Shown in pieces: positions 26,701-35,100 of a stretch of 37,451 bases of DNA. The translations under genes were made by a program, and so were the position numbers. Every line of letters starts with the position of its first letter. Within the stretch, counting starts at the first letter, position 1. A model generated the notes under the pieces. It saw only the letters and a program-made list of their open reading frames with translations, searched no databases and had not been told where the DNA came from. This DNA comes from a virus (taxonomy: Duplodnaviria; Caudoviricetes): IMG/VR virus record IMGVR_UViG_3300044580_000573, positions 1-37,451 of that record. The stretch is one strand, 5' to 3'.

Positions 26701-28238
26701 GTTTGACCCAAGGGGTTACAGATCTGGGGACCGGGGTTGCACAGCTGGCCAGCGGTGATATCGTCGGCGGGATCACCAATACCCTGAAAGGTGCTGCCGA
26801 GATCTACAGTACCCTCACTGCCGGGGCAAAAAAATACCGCGAGGATCAAAAAAAGTGGATGAATGAACTGATCAAACTGCAGATTGATTACAACTCGGTA
26901 CTGAACGAACAGATCAGGGTACAGCAACAATCGAACGTATTTATTACCGATTACGTCCGCAATATCCAAAATGCTTTCTCAGCCCTGGACGATGCCCAGG
27001 CGAACATGGACGATCTGCTGGGCGGTAAGTCATTGGATCGGTTCCTCTCTGAACTGGAATTCAAAATCGGCGTTGCAAAAAAGAAGTTCCTTGGAATTAC
27101 TACCGGTTCAAAAAATGTATACGGTGATCTGGGTGAGAACTTTTCAAAGCTGGTAAAAGACGGGAGCTTTTCCGACCTGATTGATGATGCTGGGACCCTG
27201 AATGTTGAGCTTGCTAAAACACTGCTAAACCTAGAAGGAATCACGGACGAGACAAAGAACTCGCTTGAAGAACTTATTTCATACCAGGAACAAATAGACG
27301 CTGCTGTCGAAGCTATCAATTCAGCCATAGAGTCCATTGCGGGAAGCATCGGTTCAGATTTGTACAGCGCCCTTCGTGAGTCATGGGATGCCGGTACGGA
27401 TTCTTTTGAAGCTTTCAAAGAATCGGTCAGCGCAGGGGTAAAGGATATCGTTTCACAGCTGCTGTTTAATGAGATCTTTTCAGACCAGTTCGATAAGCTG
27501 CAGGAAAACCTGAAAGAATCATTTAGCCTTGGAGGTGATCAGTCTGTCCTAGACGACTTCACCACATTCCTGAACTCATCACCTGCGCTATTGGCGCAAT
27601 GGGAGCAATCGATGAATGAGTTTGAGGAAGCTGCAAAGGCTGCCGGGTTCGAGATCGATAAGTTAAACGAAGATCTTACCGGCACAACTTCAGAAAGCAT
27701 TGCCGATGCGATATCGTCCGGCTTTGAAAACGGGTACCGGTCTGCGTCCGACTTTGCCGATACCTTCAAGGATCTGATGAAACAGGCCGTTCTGGAAGCG
27801 ATGAAACTGCAGGTACTGGAACAACCTCTGCAAGCCTGGTACAACTCCTTTTCCGCCTCCATGCAAAACGGCACGCTGGCCCAGGACTTAACATCCCTGA
27901 ACGAGCAATTTAACTCGATCATCGAACAGGCTGCTGAGTACCTGAGCGCTGTTGAATCTGCTACCGGTTTGGACTTTGGTGTTAACCAGACGGCTGATAA
28001 AAACAGCATCACAACCGTCAGCGAAGAAACAGCCACAAAACTGGAAGGGCATTTCGTTGCCGTCCGGATTAACACCGGCAAACTGGTTGAATCGGCAGAA
28101 TCCATACTGGCGCTAACAGCTAAAAACCAGCTCCATCTGGCAGCCATCGAGCGGAATACCGGCGAACTCTCAAGGCTCGAAACCATTGAGTCATCCATAC
28201 GGAGAATTGAAAATAACGGAATCAAATTAAAATCTTAA
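23781..28238 (+). CDS. Tape measure protein
   Basis: 1485 aa, helical/coiled coil, repeats SIDGM..L..L.KQYNALS, hydrophobic FIATPLGAIIAAIVVAI. Confidence 0.88.
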   Translation: MREPVDITFVLRGDIEKEIEKVKLTVQKMGTEGTVSYRNLLNASNEAFNALSKDAQSQAIALQKVITQIRLNEEAQASLKKKYEDGEISASKFAESSARLSVQQAELKATASGLSVQLQREIQISKEVEGSYNQKIIRLKQLKETYAQLSEEERNNADIGGKMIESIRQLDGETKKFEESLKAVEKTIQAEATSIDGMQEKLSKLQKQYNALSEEQRNNKSAGGALSEQIKTLTADIDKAKVKHKEHADVIKVSSTSIDGMRSRLSDLEKQYNALSKADRSSEIGKSLSNQMRVLSHDIDTAENANRSFIEQLKAAPRTIGSTVSGIEAMTKAALRFIATPLGAIIAAIVVAIKALTTWFRRTEEGEMSLAKISAYFGQVLNSLLNVVSKVGEWLYKAFTKPKDALNDLVEFLKGQFVNRLNAFSKWGQGFMKLFSKDTFMEGMTDMADATFQLFSGIDSPLNKLKQTVDEINKKSDRQAQIATELKKIERERADLSVQVASAESKIADLRAKAKNNQKDEQERLKAIKEAQKLIDDSASKEIGMQKRVLELTKESLLLKYGVTDVNQLNTESYKTIRDLEKDIANRETARLNKQRELLDQQNAINNAIKNEKTGQELLEEELKKKKEAYELYYRYITATSKATAQSMFSDLVKEGNSYLEYINGKITELQNKPNRTQQENIQLTVYTSEKQELTGSGSNVDILKREIDEKKRLYNEDIIAFRNYLREKKKVLSEDMSEEGYKQKVIVEVELQTTDESYKNKIDDLLKRYGSYTTQMVSLTKDYQKNKAVLEEQGTQEAKAAIDNLTAEYNNAVLQLKNGSDSFLKAIFGDIDRLGYQALQNLKNQAKDAIDSAKETTQGGQTFMIVNIEEINKQGQVVKKQVKLTVEEFARLKKQYNELYDLTEDKNPFQAVSDSFNGVLEALKSGDKEKMSTAIEAFNTSMTKSINTVQSWGDSLGQIFGSDVSDAVNFLTGLTQGVTDLGTGVAQLASGDIVGGITNTLKGAAEIYSTLTAGAKKYREDQKKWMNELIKLQIDYNSVLNEQIRVQQQSNVFITDYVRNIQNAFSALDDAQANMDDLLGGKSLDRFLSELEFKIGVAKKKFLGITTGSKNVYGDLGENFSKLVKDGSFSDLIDDAGTLNVELAKTLLNLEGITDETKNSLEELISYQEQIDAAVEAINSAIESIAGSIGSDLYSALRESWDAGTDSFEAFKESVSAGVKDIVSQLLFNEIFSDQFDKLQENLKESFSLGGDQSVLDDFTTFLNSSPALLAQWEQSMNEFEEAAKAAGFEIDKLNEDLTGTTSESIADAISSGFENGYRSASDFADTFKDLMKQAVLEAMKLQVLEQPLQAWYNSFSASMQNGTLAQDLTSLNEQFNSIIEQAAEYLSAVESATGLDFGVNQTADKNSITTVSEETATKLEGHFVAVRINTGKLVESAESILALTAKNQLHLAAIERNTGELSRLETIESSIRRIENNGIKLKS

Positions 28239-28241
28239 GAT

Positions 28242-28673
28242 ATGACAGGGGAGATGTTTATAAATGGAACAGATATTTATACAGCATATGGGGTTACCCC
28301 TCTTCGTGGTACCTATTCGGCATTATTTGAACCCGTTGTTCCTAAGTCTCCTATTGTGACTGATATCGATACGGAGGACGGGGAGAAGGTTTACTTTCAG
28401 GCTACGCCGCCTGTGCAGGCACGGTCTTTTATAATGCCTGTCGCTCTTGTTGCAGGAAATTCAGCCGATTTTTTCGAAAAGAAAACAGCGTTTGAATCCC
28501 TTATAGGAAGCGGATTGCTGACAATAACCTCAAATAAATTTTCACAAGTATTTAGGTGTTATCTGGAAGAATGTCCGCAATACAGCCAGTTGACTCCTGT
28601 TACTTCAAGCAAAATGTCAGCTTTAATTAATTTAAAACTTAGAGAAATAAACCCAAAAAACAGGATAGCATGA
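28242..28673 (+). CDS. Distal tail (Dit)-like protein
   Basis: 143 aa directly after tape measure; G..FING.D.Y..YG ... L.LRE.NP. Confidence 0.6.
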   Translation: MTGEMFINGTDIYTAYGVTPLRGTYSALFEPVVPKSPIVTDIDTEDGEKVYFQATPPVQARSFIMPVALVAGNSADFFEKKTAFESLIGSGLLTITSNKFSQVFRCYLEECPQYSQLTPVTSSKMSALINLKLREINPKNRIA

Positions 28674-30397
28674 CAGGAGAATTATTTATAAACGGATATG
28701 ATGTATACAGGGAGTTTGGAATAACACCCCTGCGCGGTACCTTCGATGAAGTGATGAAGCCGGTTTCGGTTAAATCGCCTTTGACTGTTGAACTTGAAAA
28801 TGAGCCTGGCGAAATTGCTTTATTCCCTAACCAGCTTACACTGCTACAGGCCCGTGACTTTACGATCCCGTTAGCGATCGTGGCATACAACAGCAATGAT
28901 TTTCTGGATAAGAAAGCCAGGTTTGAATCTCTTGTGCAGTCCGGAACATTTCTGATGTTCTTTCCGAAGATCAACCTTGCCATGACCTGCTATTTTAAGG
29001 AGTGTACACAAAACACCCAGCTCGAACCTATAAAAATAAATGCGGTGCACCGTGTATCTGCGATCGTGAACCTGCAACTTAGGGAGCCTAATCCGTACGA
29101 GCGCGGGTTGACAAAAGAAAACCATGCTTACGGCGTCCTAATCGACGACAACCAGGCGAATCCGGATTTAACCCGGATCGGTAACGCGGATATGGCTAAA
29201 GCTGCAGTTGTCAATGAACAGGCGATACAGGGCACCCTTGATGGGGCCGGGTATCTGAAAAGGTTTAACAAGGCAAATGGCCTGTATTATGCGGATGGCA
29301 CCCATAGTATAATAGACGGATCTGCCGGAAATGTGGTCACACATATGCCGCCGTTTTACTTTTTGGTAGAACCGGTTACCGAAACGACCAATAAACTGTG
29401 GGTTTCGCCTTATCCGATCCCGGGATTTAGGCAACATACCGGCTTTACAATCGGCAGTTTTAAGGCGTCGGTCAACAATGTGGCTGCATTTGGCAAGCCT
29501 GCAAACTCGCTTTGGTCTGTCGCTAACGCAACGGCTGCTTTCCGGGGAGGAAATAACGATCCCGCAAACGATGCTCTCGAAAAAGGCTTTTTGGGAAAGC
29601 CCCGAACAAGTATTAACCGCACTAATTTCCGTGCTTATGCACAGAACCAGGGAGTAGATTACGGTCTGATTAACTATGATGCGCATGCGGCATTATTCAT
29701 GCTTTTCATTACGAAGTATGCCTCTTTCCACTCGCAAAAGGCGGTCAGTGCAAAGGTGAACGGTTATTATGCCGGTGGTCTCGGCAGTGGTTTAACAACC
29801 GTTTCCAGCACAGATTGGAGCGCATATAACGGATATTATCCGCTTGTAAAATGTGGTCTCACTCTTGGACTGGGACTCACGGACGGGGAAGTTGCAAAAG
29901 TAATATCTGCTTTCAATGCGTCCGGCGATGTTACCGTTAAGCAAAACTCATTTATGGGTATTGAGGGTGTGTTTGGTGATCTCTGGGAACACATACAGGG
30001 AATTAACCTCATTAAACAGACCGAAGCCCAGGGCGGTAAAAACATGGCTTACGTCTATTCCGGGAATGTCTATGAAGATGCAGTGACGGACAAATACGTC
30101 CGGAGCTTTGAGTTTGCAACTGCGGCTTCCAATTATATCAAAAACATGGTACTCGGTCAGTACTTTGACATAATGCCAAAGGTTGTGGGTTCAGGCGCCA
30201 GCTCTTCTACTTACATACCTGACTATTACTATAACGATCAGGTCACTGGGGCCAGGGTGCTGATCCGTTCGGGCTATGCGTATTATGGTTCGGCTGCGGG
30301 TCTCGCGCACGCGTACACGAACCTCACGGCCACGACTGCGGCTGCGAACCTCGGCTCCCGTCTTGGCTTTTACGGGCGCGTGCGCCCCGGTCTTTAA
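28670..30397 (+). CDS. DGR target tail protein: Dit-like N-domain + C-type-lectin-fold receptor-binding domain
   Basis: First ~145 aa paralogous to 28242-28673; GIEG.FGDLWEH..G and terminal R.G.....AGL......GSRL with VR. Confidence 0.85.
   Translation: MTGELFINGYDVYREFGITPLRGTFDEVMKPVSVKSPLTVELENEPGEIALFPNQLTLLQARDFTIPLAIVAYNSNDFLDKKARFESLVQSGTFLMFFPKINLAMTCYFKECTQNTQLEPIKINAVHRVSAIVNLQLREPNPYERGLTKENHAYGVLIDDNQANPDLTRIGNADMAKAAVVNEQAIQGTLDGAGYLKRFNKANGLYYADGTHSIIDGSAGNVVTHMPPFYFLVEPVTETTNKLWVSPYPIPGFRQHTGFTIGSFKASVNNVAAFGKPANSLWSVANATAAFRGGNNDPANDALEKGFLGKPRTSINRTNFRAYAQNQGVDYGLINYDAHAALFMLFITKYASFHSQKAVSAKVNGYYAGGLGSGLTTVSSTDWSAYNGYYPLVKCGLTLGLGLTDGEVAKVISAFNASGDVTVKQNSFMGIEGVFGDLWEHIQGINLIKQTEAQGGKNMAYVYSGNVYEDAVTDKYVRSFEFATAASNYIKNMVLGQYFDIMPKVVGSGASSSTYIPDYYYNDQVTGARVLIRSGYAYYGSAAGLAHAYTNLTATTAAANLGSRLGFYGRVRPGL
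30255..30370 (+). repeat. DGR variable repeat VR-tail
   Basis: Aligns to TR 30426-30541 (171-bp offset); 12 core mismatches, all at TR adenines. Confidence 0.97.
30374..30387 (+). other. GC hairpin downstream of IMH
   Basis: GGGCGC-GT-GCGCCC, 3 nt after the IMH; same position as DGR homing hairpins. Confidence 0.6.
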
Positions 30398-30425
30398 AAA
30401 TTTTAGCAGGCTGCCTGCACTTGTC

Positions 30426-30541
30426 GGGTGCTGATCCGTTCGGGCAATGCGAATAATGGTTCGAATGCGGGTCTCGCGAACGCGAACACGAACAACACGG
30501 CCACGAATGCGAATGCGAACCTCGGCTCCCGTCTTAGCTTA
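30426..30541 (+). repeat. DGR template repeat (TR) with IMH*
   Basis: 11 AAY and 3 ACG codons; ends CGTCTTAGCTTA vs CGTCTTGGCTTT in all four VRs; directly upstream of RT. Confidence 0.97.
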
Positions 30542-30648
30542 TTCCCAATGTGCAAGGGCCTTGCCTCTTGGCAAAAAACAACAAAACTCAATCAGTGTCT
30601 GGTAACCGGTTAACGGCGAAGGACACAGTTTGATAAGCCAGAAACTGA
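30542..30648 (+). ncRNA. Structured TR-RT spacer of DGR RNA
   Basis: TTGCC-TCTT-GGCAA hairpin; GTGTC/GACAC stem enclosing GGTA..GAA and CCG-GTTAA-CGG. Confidence 0.55.
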
Positions 30649-31914
30649 ATGAAAAGAGTAGGTGACATATATGATCAGATCTGCGATCTGGAGAACATCC
30701 TGTTAGCCGATGAAATTGCGAGGGAGCGTAAAAAATCCCGGCCTGACATCGAACTGCATGACCGTCATCGGGAGGAAAACCTGGCATTACTTCATCGCAA
30801 CCTGGTTAACTGCACTTACAAAACATCGGAGTATTACGTCTTTGAAATGATCGCGGATGCCGGGAAACTGCGGCAAATATACTGTTTACCTTATTTCCCT
30901 GACAGGATCTGCCATCATGCCATTATGAACGTGCTGGAACCTTACTTCGTTGAATGCTTCATTCGCGACACTTATGCCTGCATAAAGGGCCGCGGAATCC
31001 TCGATGGTGTAAGAAGGGTAAAGAAAGCTTTGAAAGACAAGGAAGGCACAACGTACTGCCTTAAAATGGATATTCATAAGTTCTTTCCCAGCATTGATAA
31101 TGCAATTTTAAAACAACTTTTACGCCAGAAGTTTAAAGATCCCAGGCTGCTCATTTTGCTGGACGAGATCATCGACAGCGCAAAAGGGGTACCGATTGGC
31201 AACTACCTGAGCCAGTACTTTGCTAATTTTTATTTAACCTATTTTGATCACTGGCTTAAGGAGGTAAAACGGGTAAAGTATTATTTCCGGTACTGCGATG
31301 ATATGCCCATCTTATCAGGCAGCAAAGAAGAACTACATCAATTACGTATCGAAATACAGACCTATCTAAAAGAAAAATTAAACCTGACCTTAAAGGACAA
31401 CTGGCAGATTTTCCCGGTAGAAAGTCGGGGTATCGACTTTTTGGGCTATGTATTTTACCACGACCATGTCGGACTGAGAAAGTCAATCAAACAAAACTTT
31501 GCCCGCAGAATTCGAAAGGCGCGTGGTAAGCGCAGAGTTAAGGTGCTGGGTTCCTACAAGGGTTGGTGTATGCACGGGAACTGTATTAATCTTTATAAAA
31601 AACTTACTGGTATGAATCTTTTTAGCGATTTAGGGATCTCGGTTGATTCGGCACCCTTTGGCAGCGAAAAGATTAAGATCAACCGGGTAATTAACAAGGA
31701 AATCGAGGTGCTCGACTTCCAGCTCAATGAAAGCAAGTTCGAGACCGGAAAAAACAGGAAGTGCTTAAAACTGCAAATCCGTTTCGAAAATGAACTACGT
31801 GTCCTTTTTACAGGGTCAACCATGTTGACGCAAACGATGCAGAAAGTTAAACGGGAAATGTTGCCGTTCAAAACGACGATTGTTGAAGTGAACGGCTATT
31901 ATCAATTTACTTAA
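30649..31914 (+). CDS. DGR reverse transcriptase with ~100-aa C-terminal extra domain
   Basis: PDRICHHAI, LKMDIHKFFPSI, GVPIGNYLSQ (DGR-type SQ), YFRYCDD, GIDFLGY. Confidence 0.96.
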   Translation: MKRVGDIYDQICDLENILLADEIARERKKSRPDIELHDRHREENLALLHRNLVNCTYKTSEYYVFEMIADAGKLRQIYCLPYFPDRICHHAIMNVLEPYFVECFIRDTYACIKGRGILDGVRRVKKALKDKEGTTYCLKMDIHKFFPSIDNAILKQLLRQKFKDPRLLILLDEIIDSAKGVPIGNYLSQYFANFYLTYFDHWLKEVKRVKYYFRYCDDMPILSGSKEELHQLRIEIQTYLKEKLNLTLKDNWQIFPVESRGIDFLGYVFYHDHVGLRKSIKQNFARRIRKARGKRRVKVLGSYKGWCMHGNCINLYKKLTGMNLFSDLGISVDSAPFGSEKIKINRVINKEIEVLDFQLNESKFETGKNRKCLKLQIRFENELRVLFTGSTMLTQTMQKVKREMLPFKTTIVEVNGYYQFT

Positions 31915-31924
31915 AATGTAAAGT

Positions 31925-32131
31925 ATGGAAATCAGGAAAGAACAAAGAGTTGATTATCCCCTGTTGATTGAAAATATTGGACTGGGGAAGTGGCATGTTC
32001 GCTGGGATGTTCGAGGTGTGATTGACGAACAGGAGGATGAAGATGAGGTAAGCGCGCATTATGAATACAATGAAGTAACACTCGATCACGAACCAGGCGC
32101 AGAGGAAGTACAACAGATAACAGCGAATTGA
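31925..32131 (+). CDS. Small acidic hypothetical protein
   Basis: 68 aa between RT and tail gene. Confidence 0.55.
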   Translation: MEIRKEQRVDYPLLIENIGLGKWHVRWDVRGVIDEQEDEDEVSAHYEYNEVTLDHEPGAEEVQQITAN

Positions 32132-32132
32132 C

Positions 32133-35100
32133 ATGCAGATTTACAGGGGAGAAACAGCGATAGCGGAAGTCAAAATAACGGACGATTCCTACCGTGATTT
32201 TGCGATCATGGGGGACGATTATATTATACTTGACTTTTACAGTGTTGAAGAAATTGAGTTCCGGAAAAACGATTATTGCTTTGCTTTTGGCGAGCGGTTT
32301 TCGATTGTTAAAAAGCCGGTTCCAACACTGAAAAAGGGAATATTTTACTATAATTTCAAGTTGTACAATACATATAAAGAACTTGAAAAAGTAAAGGTAT
32401 TCCCGTATGATGGTAATCGCGACCTCACGCAATCCGAGTTCTCCTATACCTGTACTCCCTTACAGCTTGTTCAGTTGATCGTTAATAATCTGAATGCCGT
32501 CCAGAACCATGTATGGACTGTTGGCGATGTCATAGACGGTGAAACCAAAACAATCACCATTTCCGGACAAAATTGTCTTGAAGTTCTGACTTCTGCGGCC
32601 AGTGAGTGGAAGACGGAATGGTATGTGTCCGGGTTCGCCGTTTACTTGCGCGAACGTACCTTTACTACCGAACCGCAAAAAGTGTTGGCACTTGATTCCG
32701 GATTAAAAACGGTCGAACAGGAAGAAAATAACTTTAAGGCAATCAACAGGCTTTATGCATCCGGAGGCACAAAGAACCTGCCTTCTGGTTATGGGTCGAA
32801 ACGGCTAAAAATGGATGTTCCCTATTTGGAAGTCGTTGCCGACGATATCGTCGAGGACACGATTTCATTTGAGGACATTTTCCCGCGCCGGATTGGTTCA
32901 GTTACAGCGGTCAGGCAAAATACATCCGGGATCTTCTTTTTTGACGATTCAGGGCTTGATTTTAACCCGAATGACCTGCAGATTGACGGGTTGACAAAAC
33001 ATATTATCTTTCAGTCCGGGTCCTTAGTAGGTTATGACTTTGAAGTCAATTATAATTCAACAACAGGGGAGTTTGAGATAATCCAATATACCGAGAGCTC
33101 CGGCGATATTCTGCCCTCTGATGACCTTTCCCCTGCCGTTGGCGATACTTATATCCTCTATAATATAGAGATGCCACAGAGTTATGTGACGGCGGCAGAA
33201 AACGAATTAAAAGCCACTGCTCAGGCATATTTTGATAAATTAAGAAATGACCGGCTTGCCTTTAATATCACCACAGACGAGACTGAATTCACTGCCCGCG
33301 ATATGAGCCTGCAGCCAGGGGAGATAGTCACCCTGCAGCATGACTTTATTGAAGCTTTAAAAGACGGTTTAAACATTCGTGTTACAGGGTTTAAACGGTA
33401 TATAAACCAGCCGAACCGGTTTGATGCTGTCAAGGTTTCCGATACGGTCTATGTAAATCCGGTCTCATCCGTTCAGAATAAAGTCGATGAAATTGAAAGG
33501 ATCATAGACAGAACCGGATTGAGTAAGCAATCATATTACTCCCGCAACTGGCGAGATGTGGAAGAAATTGCCGGTATGGTCGAATCGCTTCGAGCAAGGT
33601 TTTTACTGATTGGAGACGAGGATGGACAGTTCGAACTGAAACAAGTCATCTTTACCGCCAATTATGAGGGTAACCCCGATGCATTTAATGCCACAGCCGG
33701 ACAGCTTATCCATGAAATGGTCCCGGATTCGGAAAACCCAGGTACATGGAATATGTCTGCTTTTACCGGATCACTTGATAGTGAAGCAACAGCATATTAC
33801 CTGTATGCCAAATGCTCACGCACAACCGATCAGGGCGAGTTTGTCTTTGACGAAAACATGATCGATTACGACGCCGATGCCAATTATTATTACTTTCTCA
33901 TCGGGGTGATAAGTTCCCTACACTCAAATAACAGGAGTTTTCAAACACTATATGGTTTCTCGGAATTTGCCGGGAACCAAATTACAACTGGCATACTAAA
34001 GTCAAAAGACGGTCGTACGTCATTTAATCTTGATACAGGCATAATTCAAGGCGTGATCAGGTTTATTGCGCCGGATGGGATCACGATCAAAGAACTGAAC
34101 CAGATGACCGCCTCAGATTGGGGAGCAGATGCATTCGGCTCCGCATCTCAGGCCTTGGCAGATGCAATATCCTACGCTGATGGGATTAAGACTCAGATTG
34201 ACGGTGATATAGATGATGTAGAAGGTTTGATCGGCGATCTGGACACTTACATCGATGTCGCCTTCCACGATGGCGTGATCAGTGAAGCAGAGGCAAAAAA
34301 GATTCAATCTTACATCAACCAATTGAATACCGAAAAAGCTGACGTTGATAATCGCTACACCTCGATTTATAATAATACAGACCTTTCAGGAACTCCAAAA
34401 TCAAACTTGAGTACCGCCAAAACGGCGTACAATACAGCTCACGCTAACCTGATTGGTGCGATCAATAATGCTATTGCAGACGGAAAGACCACACCGGCAG
34501 AATCGGCAGCGGTGGATGCTGCTTTTGCAAATTATTCAGCCGCTTTGGCGACCCTTTCTACGAGGTTCGAGGAAGCAGTTAATTATATCGCATATGTTAA
34601 AGCTCAGAATGCGCTTGGCGATGCGAATGACTATGCGGACGGATTATATGGCGTGCTGGACGGTCTGAAATTAAACGCTGTCATAAACGGCAAAACCCTC
34701 ATTGTGGGCGGGTACATCAATACCGAATTTATCAACACCAGCGCGCTGGTAATTTCGGGAGCTAATGTGTCAGGCTTGGGTGCCTTGGCTTTTCTGAGTG
34801 GTTTGACAGCTTCCCAAGTAGGGGCAGATCCAATTGGAAGTGCGTCAAATGCATTGACTTCGGCACAAAATTATACTAATATGCAGGTACAGAGAACATC
34901 TGTTACCGTTGATTTAACTGGCTTAGATCAGAATACTTATTATCCGATCACGATTGGAATGCAACCTACCAAGCCGTATACAATTACTGTTGAGAGAACC
35001 TTACGTTCAGACTATGGTGTACCCTCATATTCTACGCATGAGAATGGGATAGCTGTAACTTGCAGGTGGACATCAAACGGTTCAGGATGGGGTACAATCG

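Noticed and set aside
707-30541. CRISPR array or IS-type repeats explaining the five similar segments
   Set aside because: Dispersed, in-frame within genes, with A-specific mismatches: DGR pattern; no repeat-spacer periodicity and no cas genes
30428-30613. 61-aa Asn-rich ORF
   Set aside because: It is the translation of the TR (AAY codons in the VR frame) plus spacer; TRs act as RNA and an open frame is expected by design
30649-31914. Group II intron, retron or Abi RT
   Set aside because: GNxxSQ motif, short length, adjacent TR/VR pair; no maturase/endonuclease or retron VTG motif seen
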